This document shows, piece by piece, positions 55,958 to 64,000 of a stretch of DNA of 64,000 nt. How positions within the stretch are numbered: position 1 is the stretch's first letter; each line of letters opens with the position of its first letter. Both the position numbers and the translations under genes were made by a program. Location of the stretch: assembly GCA_041686775.1 (NCBI GenBank), contig JAWLDG010000013.1, positions 20,612-84,611 of the forward strand, in the 5' to 3' direction. This DNA comes from Luteolibacter sp. (GTDB lineage: Bacteria; Verrucomicrobiota; Verrucomicrobiia; Verrucomicrobiales; Akkermansiaceae). The notes below the pieces were generated by a model. The model saw only the letters and a program-made list of their open reading frames with translations. It did no database searches and had not been told where the DNA came from.

Positions 55958-56304
55958 GGGGTGTGAAGGGATGGCCGTATGTAGCCGGTTCAATCCACCG
56001 TCCGTCAAGGTGAATAGCGGGATTTCCTAAGATTTCTTTACTAATTGGGCAGAATCGTAGACAGGCCGCTGGAGGCCGGACTGTGCGAGTCTGACGTTTC
56101 TTGTCCCCTGGCCCCGTCACGCACAGCACGCTGGAATCACGGCTATTCCGGCCAGCCTCTGCCATGACTTGCCATCGGTGGCCAATCCCACGCTCCCACG
56201 GGAGCAGGATATGCGCCTCGTTTGGTGAATCCCGCGCATCCGGCATGCTCGACACCTCCTGCGGATCGGGGGTTAACTCAACGGGTTTGTTCCGACAGCC
56301 CCCC

Positions 56305-57033
56305 ATGAACCATTACGATTCAGATCGGTTCACGACCACCAACTGGAGCCTCGTGATTGCTGCGATGGAGACGGCTCCCACCCGTGCCACCGACGCGATG
56401 GAGCGGCTGTGCTCCCGCTACTGGTTTCCGGTCTATGCCGCCATCCGCCGTGCCGGAAACGACGCGCATCATGCGGAGGACCTGACCCAGGGATTTTTCG
56501 AGTTCGCCATCGAGAACCGCTTGCTGCAGCGGGCCCGCAAGGACAAGGGGCGCTTCCGCAGTTTCATCCTGACCTCGCTCAACAATTTTCTCCACAATCG
56601 CCATGATCGCGCCACCGCGGTGAAGCGTGGCGGCGGATATCAGATCGTGCCGTTCGACGAGGCGGATGCCGAAAGGATCCTCGCCAGCGAGCCGGCCTCC
56701 AACGGCACATCGCAGGATTCGTTCGACCGGCGCTGGGCTGTGACGCTCATCCGCAGGGTCATGGAGAACCTCCGGAATGAATATGCCAAACGCGGAAGGA
56801 GCGCCACACATGATTCCCTGCTTCCGCATCTGACGAACAATCCTTCGCCGGTTGATTTCCTCAGGCTAGCTGCGGACCTCGATCTGGAAGCCGGCGCGCT
56901 GCGTGTGGCGCTGCACCGCTTCCGCCGTCGTTTCGGCGAACTGCTCCGCAGCGAAGTCGCCCATACCGTGACGACTCCCGATGAAGTGGAGGAGGAAATC
57001 CGCTATCTGCTGTCCATCCTTGCGGACGGATGA
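56305..57033 (+). CDS. ECF-type RNA polymerase sigma factor, kinase-associated (ECF43-like) type
   Basis: ORF 56101..57033. I prefer the ATG at 56305 (MNHYDSDRFTTTNWSLV...). Sigma region 2-like AEDLTQGFFEF and region 4-like LRVALHRFRRRFGELL. No anti-sigma ORF is adjacent, and the next gene is a Ser/Thr kinase. Confidence 0.75.
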   Translation: MNHYDSDRFTTTNWSLVIAAMETAPTRATDAMERLCSRYWFPVYAAIRRAGNDAHHAEDLTQGFFEFAIENRLLQRARKDKGRFRSFILTSLNNFLHNRHDRATAVKRGGGYQIVPFDEADAERILASEPASNGTSQDSFDRRWAVTLIRRVMENLRNEYAKRGRSATHDSLLPHLTNNPSPVDFLRLAADLDLEAGALRVALHRFRRRFGELLRSEVAHTVTTPDEVEEEIRYLLSILADG

Positions 57034-57051
57034 AACATCACAAGATCCCGC

Positions 57052-57078
57052 TGTAACTCCGGGAGCGTTTTTCTTTAG
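57052..57078 (+). promoter_or_regulatory. Bipartite motif TGTAAC-N12-TTTCTTTAG (copy 1), candidate ECF-type promoter
   Basis: TGTAAC at 57052-57057 and TTTCTTTAG at 57070-57078, ending 21 nt before the kinase ATG at 57100. It lies in the 66-nt sigma-kinase spacer. Confidence 0.45.
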
Positions 57079-57099
57079 CAACGACTGCACGGTAACGAA

Positions 57100-60000
57100 A
57101 TGCCCGATCCACCGAAATGCTCCCAGTGCGGCTCGCCACTCGCCCCGGATGTGCCGGGCGGCCTTTGCCTGCGTTGCCTGCTGGGCCTCGGACTGAAGAG
57201 TGACGCAGCGGCGGATGAGGACGATCAACCGGCCGCCGCGGACGACGATGATGACGATTTCCCGGGCTATCGCATTCTCGAAAAAATCGGCGAGGGCGGA
57301 GGTGGCGTCGTCTATCGCGCCGCGCAAAGCGAACCCGTGCGCCGGGAAGTCGCCCTCAAGGTCATCCGCCTTGGCATGGACACGCGCACGGTGATCGCCC
57401 GCTTCGAGGCCGAGCGCCAGGCCCTCGCACTGATGGACCACCCGGGCATCGCCCGCGTCTTCGATGCCGGCGTCACCGGCCGGGGACGTCCGTTTTTCGT
57501 GATGGAACTCGTCGCCGGGGAACCCATCACCGGTTTCTGCGACCGGAAAAACCTCTCCGTCCCCCAACGACTCGAACTTTTCCTGCATGTCTGCGAAGCC
57601 GTCCGCCACGCCCACCTCAAGGGCATCATCCATCGCGACCTCAAGCCGTCCAACATCCTCGTCACCGAAACGGACGAACGGGCGGTCCCCAAGGTGATCG
57701 ACTTCGGAGTCGCCAAGGCGATGGATCACCAGCGCCTCGCCGACCAGACGATTTACACCGCCTTCGACCAGTTTGTGGGCACGCCCGCCTACATGAGTCC
57801 CGAGCAGGCCGGCCTGACGGGGGAGGACATCGACGCGCGCAGCGACATCTATTCGCTCGGCGTCCTGTTATATGAACTGCTAACCGGTCGGCCGCCGTTT
57901 GAACCGGAGCGTTTGCGAAAGGTAGCCATCGATGAAATCTGCCGGATCGTCCGCGAGAAGGATCCGGTACTGCCGTCCATCCGCCTCACCACTCTTGCCG
58001 AGGCGGAGTTGACCGCCACTGCCCGGCGGCGCATGTGCCCGCCCAAACGCCTTGTCAGCGACCTGCGCGGCGACCTCGACGGGATTGTGATGAAGGCGAT
58101 GGAGAAATCGCGCAGACGCCGATACGAGACCGCCGGCGAGCTGGCGGCCGACATTTCCCGCCACCTGAACCACGAACCGGTCACCGCCCGTCCGCCGGGC
58201 TCTCTCTATCGGTTTCTCAAATTCGCACGCCGCAACAAACTCCTGCTCGGAGCCGCGACTATCGTGCTCGCCTCACTCATCGCCGGCATCTTCGTTTCCT
58301 CATGGATGTATCTCAGGGAAAAACAGACCCGCCAGCATCTGGAATACCGCGCCTATCTCACCGACATGAAATCGGCTTGCGGGACGGCACTGCACACCCG
58401 CAGCAGCCTCGCCGGCACCATCAAACTCCTCGAGGCGAACCGCCGTCACGCCCCTGACTTCCGCAACTGGGAATGGTATTTCCTCAACGGTCTCTGTCAT
58501 CGGGAAATCCTCACCATCCACGCCGATCCCGAGGCCGTCTTCTCGGTTTCCTGGAGTTACAATGGCAGGCTGCTCGCCACCGGTGGCTCGGCGGACCCCA
58601 TCGGTCTCTGGGATGTCGATAGCGGCCGGAAAGCGGGAGAACTTCCCGGCCATCCGGGGGGTGTCCGCTGTCTCTCTTGGGAACCCTCCGGCACACGCCT
58701 GGCCTCGGCCGGCAACGACAAGTCGGTCCGAATCCGGGACACCATCACCGGCGAAAGCCGGATTCTGGGCGAGCACGGCAACATCGTTTCCTCCCTGGCC
58801 TGGGCACCGGATGGCGCATGGCTCGCATCCGGATCCCACGATAAAACCGTCACGATCTGGGACACCCGGAAAAATTCAGCCCCCCGCACGCTGACCGCCG
58901 CGCACCCGGTTCGCGCCGTGGGCTGGCATCCGGATGGCAACCGCCTGATTGCCTGCGGCGACAATGGCCTCGCCCATTGCTGGGACGCCGCCAGCGGAAG
59001 CACCCGCTGGCAACACAGCGCCGAAATCGGCGGACACATCCAGGCCGCCGTTTGGTCTCCCGACGGCCGCCAGATCTTCACCGGAGGCACGCAACCATCC
59101 GTGGATTTCCGCAACGCCGATACCGGCCAGACGACGCATTCGCTGTGGGACAACCAGAACACCGTCACCGCCGTGGCCTGGAGCCCCGATGGCCGCTTGC
59201 TCGCTTCCGGAACCCGTTACGACGGCAATATCGCCATCCGCAGTTCCCTCGGCGGCGGCGCACCAATCCGTTCGTTCCGCAGCCATCGCGGCTCCGTCAA
59301 CTCCCTGGCATGGAATCCCGATGGATCCAAGCTCGCTTCAGCCAGTGCGGACGGCACGGCCAGAATTTGGAACCCGACCGACCGGAATCCTACAATCGTC
59401 AACCTGCAAATGCCGTCGGCCCTGATTCTCGCGTGGAGTCCGGACGGCACAAAACTCGCCGCCGGCGGCCGTCGCATGGATTCATGGGTCTATGATTTTA
59501 CCATTCAAGCCCCGGTTGCACTGGACGGCGGCTTCGTCCCATGGACCCGATCCGTCGCATGGAATGCGGATAACACAATGCTCGCGACCGTTGGCGAGCG
59601 TGGTCTGCGGGTATGGGACTTCCCCTCCCGCACCACCGTCTGGCGTGATCCCTCATCCTTCCCGCGGCTCAGCACCGTCGCATGGGACACCCGGCGCGGG
59701 CGCATCATTGCCGGCGGCCTTCATGGCTTTTCCATCTGGGACGCGGCAACAGGCACGATCCTGAAAACCGTGCCTCTCAAGGGCGGTGCCGGCAAGCTGG
59801 CCCTCAGCCCGGACGGACGCCAGCTGGCGGTCACCGGGGAAACCGTCATTTCACTCTTTGATTCGGTGGCACTCACCCGCATCCGGTCCTGGCCCGCTCA
59901 CGCCGAAACCATCTACTCCATCGCATGGCACCCCGCCGGGATTCTGCTCGCCTCGGGCGGTGCCGATACCTCCGCGAAAATCTGGGACACCCGCACCGGC

Positions 60001-60681
60001 GGAATCCTGCATACCTTGAACGGTCATGGCGGTCCGGTCCGCCACGTCGTTTGGAATCCGGACGGCTCCAGATTGTGTACCGGTGGCTCGGACGCCACCG
60101 TCAGACTTTGGGATGCGGACACCGGACTGGAAGTCTGCGTTTTCGACAAACCGGGTTCGATCATCCAAACAATCCAGGGACTCGCCTGGACTCCCGACGG
60201 TCGCCGCATTGCCATCTCGGACGGGGAGGGAAACCTCGTCATCCTGGATGCCACGCCCGGCTGGCAGGTCGAGTCCGGCACTCCCGTGACCAGCTTCCCC
60301 ACCCGCGATGCCGCAGGCCATCAGGAAACCATCCGCTCGCTCCTCATCTACTGCGATACCGTGGAACCCCTATCTAACGACGACTCCGATGCCCTCCGCC
60401 GCCTGGCCTGGATTCGCGCCACCGCTCCCTATCCCGAAGTCCGCGACGGACCCAAAGCTCTGCGTTTCGCCCAAGCCGCCAATCGCGAAGTCGGCGGCCG
60501 GAATGCCGGCATCCTCAGCATCCTCGCCGCCGCCCACGCCGAGTGCGGCGATTTCGAACAGGCCGTCGCCATCCAGAAGCAGGCGATTTCCCTCATCAGC
60601 AGCGACCTTCGCCGCTCCACCTTCGCCTCCCAACTCCGCCTCTACGAATCCCGCCAACCCTTCCGAGATGACTCGTGGTGA
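57100..60681 (+). CDS. Ser/Thr protein kinase with an N-terminal Cys4 motif, one TM helix, about 14 WD40 repeats and a TPR-like C-terminus
   Basis: ORF 57100..60681. N-terminus CSQCG...CLRC. Kinase motifs GEGGGGVVY, HRDLKPSNILV, DFGVAK and GTPAYMSPEQ. TM helix LLLGAATIVLASLIAGIFV. Repeated WD40 units (e.g. SADGTARIWN, GHGGPVRHVVWNPDG, ATVRLWD). Confidence 0.92.
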   Translation: MPDPPKCSQCGSPLAPDVPGGLCLRCLLGLGLKSDAAADEDDQPAAADDDDDDFPGYRILEKIGEGGGGVVYRAAQSEPVRREVALKVIRLGMDTRTVIARFEAERQALALMDHPGIARVFDAGVTGRGRPFFVMELVAGEPITGFCDRKNLSVPQRLELFLHVCEAVRHAHLKGIIHRDLKPSNILVTETDERAVPKVIDFGVAKAMDHQRLADQTIYTAFDQFVGTPAYMSPEQAGLTGEDIDARSDIYSLGVLLYELLTGRPPFEPERLRKVAIDEICRIVREKDPVLPSIRLTTLAEAELTATARRRMCPPKRLVSDLRGDLDGIVMKAMEKSRRRRYETAGELAADISRHLNHEPVTARPPGSLYRFLKFARRNKLLLGAATIVLASLIAGIFVSSWMYLREKQTRQHLEYRAYLTDMKSACGTALHTRSSLAGTIKLLEANRRHAPDFRNWEWYFLNGLCHREILTIHADPEAVFSVSWSYNGRLLATGGSADPIGLWDVDSGRKAGELPGHPGGVRCLSWEPSGTRLASAGNDKSVRIRDTITGESRILGEHGNIVSSLAWAPDGAWLASGSHDKTVTIWDTRKNSAPRTLTAAHPVRAVGWHPDGNRLIACGDNGLAHCWDAASGSTRWQHSAEIGGHIQAAVWSPDGRQIFTGGTQPSVDFRNADTGQTTHSLWDNQNTVTAVAWSPDGRLLASGTRYDGNIAIRSSLGGGAPIRSFRSHRGSVNSLAWNPDGSKLASASADGTARIWNPTDRNPTIVNLQMPSALILAWSPDGTKLAAGGRRMDSWVYDFTIQAPVALDGGFVPWTRSVAWNADNTMLATVGERGLRVWDFPSRTTVWRDPSSFPRLSTVAWDTRRGRIIAGGLHGFSIWDAATGTILKTVPLKGGAGKLALSPDGRQLAVTGETVISLFDSVALTRIRSWPAHAETIYSIAWHPAGILLASGGADTSAKIWDTRTGGILHTLNGHGGPVRHVVWNPDGSRLCTGGSDATVRLWDADTGLEVCVFDKPGSIIQTIQGLAWTPDGRRIAISDGEGNLVILDATPGWQVESGTPVTSFPTRDAAGHQETIRSLLIYCDTVEPLSNDDSDALRRLAWIRATAPYPEVRDGPKALRFAQAANREVGGRNAGILSILAAAHAECGDFEQAVAIQKQAISLISSDLRRSTFASQLRLYESRQPFRDDSW

Positions 60682-60707
60682 CCACCTATCCAAAATCCAA
60701 TATTTTA

Positions 60708-60734
60708 TGTAACAACCGCCCGCCGTTTCTTTAG
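60708..60734 (+). promoter_or_regulatory. Bipartite motif TGTAAC-N12-TTTCTTTAG (copy 2)
   Basis: TGTAAC at 60708-60713 and TTTCTTTAG at 60726-60734, upstream of the HTH gene (ATGs at 60741 and 60831). An AT-rich ATCCAAAAT word tract precedes it. Confidence 0.45.
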
Positions 60735-60830
60735 GAAATCATGACGGTATATGCCGTACCGCCAAGGGCGGGGGAGGATACCCGCCCCCCACTCCGCCCC
60801 CCGCCCTTCAAACCCATCAGAACCGCCACC

Positions 60831-61145
60831 ATGCCCCCCAAGGAACCGTTGGAACCCGGCGCGGATCACGACCTCGCCCACTTCGCCACCCGCCTGAGGC
60901 AATGGCGCGAAGACCAAGGCATGGTCCTCAAGCAGGCCGCAAGCCGCTTCGGTGTCGCTGTGGCCACCTGGAGCCGCTGGGAAAAACAGGAGCGCTTCCC
61001 CTCGCCCGCCAATCTCCGCCTGCTCGCCGAGTTCATCGGCGTCCCCATCTGCTGCTTCTTCTATCCCGCGCCCGGCTCCTGCCCGCACTGCCCGGGAAAC
61101 CGGCAGGACAATCCGCCAGACGGTGCCGACGGCGGAAAACCGTAA
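60831..61145 (+). CDS. XRE-family helix-turn-helix protein with a C-terminal CxxC tail
   Basis: ORF 60741..61145. HTH segment LRQWREDQGMVLKQAASRFGVAVATWSRWEKQERFPSPANLRLLAEFIGV, then tail CCFFYPAPGSCPHCPG. The start is ambiguous (ATG 60741 or 60831). I list 60831 because the first 30 codons are Pro/Arg-rich. Confidence 0.7.
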   Translation: MPPKEPLEPGADHDLAHFATRLRQWREDQGMVLKQAASRFGVAVATWSRWEKQERFPSPANLRLLAEFIGVPICCFFYPAPGSCPHCPGNRQDNPPDGADGGKP

Positions 61146-61439
61146 GACAACGCTCCAGCCTGTCTCGGACGGCAGGCAGCTGTCCGGCCCTCAGCCTCTG
61201 AACTGCACAGCTGGCCGGCCACTGCTCCGAGCCTGCACGGGGTCCGCACGCGTCCCGCATGCCGGTTTACGCATCTTGCGGAAATCCCTCAGTTGCCCGG
61301 GCTGCACCAATGACAAGACCATGGCGCTGGATGCGCCATGAAACACGGGGGACGCGCGCGGATTCCCACTCGGAATCCGCTGCTTGATCACTGCAAAGCC
61401 ATTTCAGCAGGCCTGCATGGTCCTCTGCCGCATTCCTCT

Positions 61440-61979
61440 TCAACCGGGAACGCGGTCCGGGAAATCCGGGCACAGCACGGAGTGTGCGATGGGGCCAGCG
61501 GGCGTGTGGAAGCGCAGCGTGCCCTCGGTTTCGCAGAGCCACACTTCGTCGGCGCCGGCATCGAAATAGAGCGCCATCTTCTCCGCCATCTCGGCGGCAG
61601 TGTTGGAGGGCGAGAGGACTTCAACGCAGATTTCGGGTGCTTGGAGGAACAGCGGGCTGGCTCCGGATTTGCGGAGCCTGCTGCTGGAGGCCCATGTGAT
61701 GTCGGCGGCACGGACTCCATCGGAGGTGGAAACCGGGGATTCGGTCTGGACATGCTCGCCCATCAGCCGGTCGAGCATGCGGGCGATGGCGAACTGGCGG
61801 GAACCGTGTTGGCGGGAGGGAGGAGGACTCATGAGAATGTGGCCGTGGCGGTCGGTCTCAAGGCGGCCTTCGATTTTTGCCAGCGCCGGATCGTCAAGCA
61901 TCCGCTGCCAGACGCGGAGGTTGAACTCCTGCTGGTCCGCGCGCGGAGGAAGTTGGATGGCGAGACTCATTGACGGCAA
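61440..61979 (-). CDS. Uma2 family (DUF820) endonuclease
   Basis: ORF 61440..61979. PD-(D/E)xK-like core ADITWAS...PEICVEVLSPSN...KMALYFDAGADEVWL, typical of Uma2. Confidence 0.8.
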   Translation of the reverse strand: MPSMSLAIQLPPRADQQEFNLRVWQRMLDDPALAKIEGRLETDRHGHILMSPPPSRQHGSRQFAIARMLDRLMGEHVQTESPVSTSDGVRAADITWASSSRLRKSGASPLFLQAPEICVEVLSPSNTAAEMAEKMALYFDAGADEVWLCETEGTLRFHTPAGPIAHSVLCPDFPDRVPG

Positions 61980-62102
61980 AAAGTAGCGGACGAGTCATGC
62001 CCCCGCAAGGAAACAACCCATAAATCAACGTGGGAATCGACCTGCAAAACCACTGAATCGATTCAAAATTAGTTCATTCGCGGGTTCATTTTCCCAAATC
62101 GG

Positions 62103-62186
62103 TTCATTGGCGTGCCGATCTGCCGCTTCTTCTATCCCGCACCCGGCTCCTGCCCGAATTGCCCGGGTCATCCCGCTTCATTTTAG
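62103..62186 (+). pseudogene. Orphan 3' fragment of a paralogue of the HTH gene at 60831..61145
   Basis: My own alignment: 62102-62167 matches 61031-61096 at 59 of 66 nt. The in-frame translation FIGVPICRFFYPAPGSCPNCPGHPASF* mirrors FIGVPICCFFYPAPGSCPHCPG. No HTH-coding part lies upstream. Confidence 0.65.
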
Positions 62187-62236
62187 GGACGAGCGCCGCC
62201 TTGCCAGTCCAATGCGCCATCTCCCTTCACATCGAA

Positions 62237-62260
62237 GTTCGATGTTGGAAGTTCGATGTT
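62237..62260 (+). repeat. 24-nt element GTTCGATGTTGGAAGTTCGATGTT (copy 2)
   Basis: 77-100 nt upstream of the ATG at 62337, in sense orientation. An internal tandem duplication of GTTCGATGTT. Confidence 0.8.
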
Positions 62261-62336
62261 CCTCATCCCGGACTTACCAATCTGTCAAAACGCACGGCTT
62301 GCCGCATCGGTGGAATTCTAACCAAGATTCACCCAA

Positions 62337-63698
62337 ATGAACCCCCTACCCTCCCTCCTCGGGTTGGCCGCGGCCCAGGCACTCGCATTCGGAATCACCC
62401 TTTCAAGCACCCACGCCATCGTCGTCGATGGCCTTCGCGACGCCGCCGGCTACGGCGCCCCGCTCGCCGTGCAAACCACGCCCACCAACTGGGACATCGA
62501 CAATTTCGTCGCCAATTTCCACGCCGTTCGCGGCACCGGCGGCATCAATGTCTTCATGGGCGGGCGGGCCGCCAGCGGCAATGCCATCCTCCTCTTCATC
62601 GATTCCAAGCCGGGCGGCCGAACCTTCATCCCCAACAACCTCATCACCACCGGTGGCGAAGGCGAATATATAAACAACCTGGGATCATCGCCAACCGCCG
62701 GCCTCGCCTTCGAGACCGGTTTCGAGCCCGACTACGCCTTGCGCATCTACGGCATCAATGCCGACGCCCACATCAACCAATACAATTTGCAAACCGGCAA
62801 CCGGATCTACCTCGGCAACGCCGGCACCGACAACAGCAGCGGCGGGATCGTCAGCACCATGCGCGTTTCCTGGGCGAATCTTGCAGGCGAAATGGCGGAC
62901 CATGCCGCCGGAGTCGAGATCGCGCTCAACATGGATGCCATGGGCGTCCCGGCCGGAGACCAAGCGGTCAAGTTCATGGCGGTTCTCGTCACCGGCGACT
63001 CGAACTATGGCTCCAACCAGGTGATCGCCTCGCGCACCTCGACCACCCAGGACATCGGCGACGGCCTGAATGGCACCATCGGCATCAAGAACATCGACTT
63101 CGAAACCGAACCGGGAATCCAAACGCTGGAACTCCTCATCGACGGTGACGACACCGACGGCGACGGCCTGCTCGATTTCGAAGACCCCGATGACGACAAT
63201 GACGGGCTGCTCGACATCGTGGAAACCGACACCGGAATTTATGTGGACGAGAACGACACCGGCACCGATCCCCTGATCGCCGACACCGACCAGGACGGAC
63301 TGCTGGACGGTGACGAAGTTTATTTTTACGGCACCAATCCAACCAAAAGCGACACTGACGGCGACGGCCTCAACGACCGGGTGGAACTCGAAGTGTATTT
63401 CTGCAATCCGCTGCTGAAAGACAGCGACAGCGATGGTTTCGACGACCTTTTCGAGGTGAACACCGGCTTCAATCCGGCATTGAATACCAGCACGCCGGAC
63501 GCCCTGTCATCCATCCGCACCGCCGTCGAGTTCCGCTTCAACGCGGCGACAGACGTGAGCTATCGCATCGAAGTTTCGACCGATCTCAATGAATGGAGCA
63601 CCGTGGAAACCGACATCATCGGCGAAAGCGCGGTGGTCACCCGCTTCTACTCCATCGAGAACCAACCCAAGCGCTACTTCCGCGCCAGACGCAACTGA
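62337..63698 (+). CDS. Secreted protein with thrombospondin type-3-like calcium-binding Asp repeats
   Basis: ORF 62337..63698. Signal peptide, then repeated DxDxDG units (DTDGDGLLD, DDDNDGLLD, DTDQDGLLDGDE, DTDGDGLNDRVE, DSDSDGFDD) and a C-terminal beta-rich domain. Confidence 0.75.
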   Translation: MNPLPSLLGLAAAQALAFGITLSSTHAIVVDGLRDAAGYGAPLAVQTTPTNWDIDNFVANFHAVRGTGGINVFMGGRAASGNAILLFIDSKPGGRTFIPNNLITTGGEGEYINNLGSSPTAGLAFETGFEPDYALRIYGINADAHINQYNLQTGNRIYLGNAGTDNSSGGIVSTMRVSWANLAGEMADHAAGVEIALNMDAMGVPAGDQAVKFMAVLVTGDSNYGSNQVIASRTSTTQDIGDGLNGTIGIKNIDFETEPGIQTLELLIDGDDTDGDGLLDFEDPDDDNDGLLDIVETDTGIYVDENDTGTDPLIADTDQDGLLDGDEVYFYGTNPTKSDTDGDGLNDRVELEVYFCNPLLKDSDSDGFDDLFEVNTGFNPALNTSTPDALSSIRTAVEFRFNAATDVSYRIEVSTDLNEWSTVETDIIGESAVVTRFYSIENQPKRYFRARRN

Positions 63699-63706
63699 TC
63701 CCGCCC

Positions 63707-63727
63707 TGTAGCGGCGGTCTATGACCG
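63707..63727 (+). repeat. 21-nt exact repeat TGTAGCGGCGGTCTATGACCG (copy 2)
   Basis: It starts 9 nt after the stop of the 62337..63698 gene. Imperfect hairpin CGGCGGTC-TAT-GACCGACG. Confidence 0.8.
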
Positions 63728-63814
63728 ACGATGCCCATGAACCCGGCCAATCCACCGCCCCCCCTCTTCCATCCAAAATTCACAATCCACAATCCAAAAT
63801 TCCCTCCCTCTCCC

Positions 63815-63841
63815 TGTAACATCCAAGCTCTGTTTCTTTAG
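63815..63841 (+). promoter_or_regulatory. Bipartite motif TGTAAC-N12-TTTCTTTAG (copy 3)
   Basis: TGTAAC at 63815-63820 and TTTCTTTAG at 63833-63841, ending 43 nt before the ATG at 63885. ATCCAAAAT/CACAATCC word repeats precede it. Confidence 0.45.
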
Positions 63842-63884
63842 CAATCATTGACACACCGGATCACCCGTCTCGCCGCAATTCCGG

Positions 63885-64000
63885 ATGCAACACATCCTCC
63901 ACTCCCCGGCCATTCCACCCCGCCTGTTCGCGGTGCTGCTGCTCGCGTCCATCGCCGCTGCCGCGATCCCCGGCGATCTGGATGCGGATGGCATGGTGAG
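63885..64000 (+). CDS. 5' end of a secreted protein gene; continues beyond the window
   Basis: Manual translation from the ATG at 63885 gives MQHILHSPAIPPRLFAVLLLASIAAAAIPGDLDADGMV... It is signal-peptide-like and is preceded by the TGTAAC-N12-TTTCTTTAG motif. Confidence 0.4.
   Translation, partial: MQHILHSPAIPPRLFAVLLLASIAAAAIPGDLDADGMV

Noticed and set aside
7650-60380. An apparent excess of CTAAC/GTTAG (and CTGTTAG) strings inside GC-rich genes
   Set aside because: Read in frame, these are simply the rare Leu codons CTA/TTA followed by A/G-starting codons (L-T, L-G, L-D). A rough composition estimate for the 5-mer gives more expected occurrences than I noticed. The effect is most likely visual selection bias.
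62159-63148. 329-aa + strand ORF rich in Arg/His/Pro
   Set aside because: It is an alternative frame of the Ca-binding-repeat protein gene (62337..63698), which has a signal peptide and regular DxDxDG repeats.
63120-63450. Periodic nucleotide repeats (GACGGCGAC/GACACCGAC...) that could be mistaken for a CRISPR-like or tandem array
   Set aside because: The periodicity is the coding signature of thrombospondin type-3-like Asp-rich repeats inside an intact ORF. The units are degenerate, there are no unique spacers, and there are no cas genes.

Overview
GC-rich chromosomal segment (roughly two-thirds G+C by eye, not computed). It is probably from a diderm of the PVC group, Verrucomicrobiota/Opitutales-like. 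That assignment is an inference from gene content: BamA, many sulfatase/glycosidase/HEAT/WD40-kinase genes, and intercistronic regions without Shine-Dalgarno sequences.

I support about 46 protein-coding genes or gene remnants. I see no rRNA, tRNA, CRISPR array or intact transposase.

Recognisable housekeeping genes are ccoG, uvrB, aroC, folK, accA, bamA, a COX15/CtaA heme A synthase, an SNF2 helicase, a DegP-like protease and an M42 peptidase.

The most distinctive content:
1. A ~17 kb minus-strand envelope cluster (7060-24243). It is built around MoxR AAA+ / DUF58 / BatA-VWA / DUF4175-like / DUF4159. It opens with an unrecognisable 970-aa secreted protein translationally coupled to MoxR. A 1349-aa HEAT-repeat/thioredoxin-fold/DsbD_2 fusion protein follows it.
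2. An ECF sigma factor with no anti-sigma partner next to a 1193-aa Ser/Thr kinase with WD40 repeats. A bipartite motif TGTAAC-N12-TTTCTTTAG occurs three times with identical spacing upstream of + strand genes in 57-64 kb.
3. A ~975-codon subtilase gene broken by three frameshifts, each at a short G/C homopolymer run.
4. Several families of short AT-rich tandem 'word' repeats and small palindromic repeats, sitting in intercistronic spacers and 5' leaders.
5. Small decay remnants: a tyrosine-recombinase C-terminal fragment, a duplicated 3' end of an HTH gene flanking a Uma2 endonuclease gene, and a truncated TPM-like ORF.

Many long ORFs in the supplied track are antisense or alternative-frame artefacts of the high GC content, and I rejected them.
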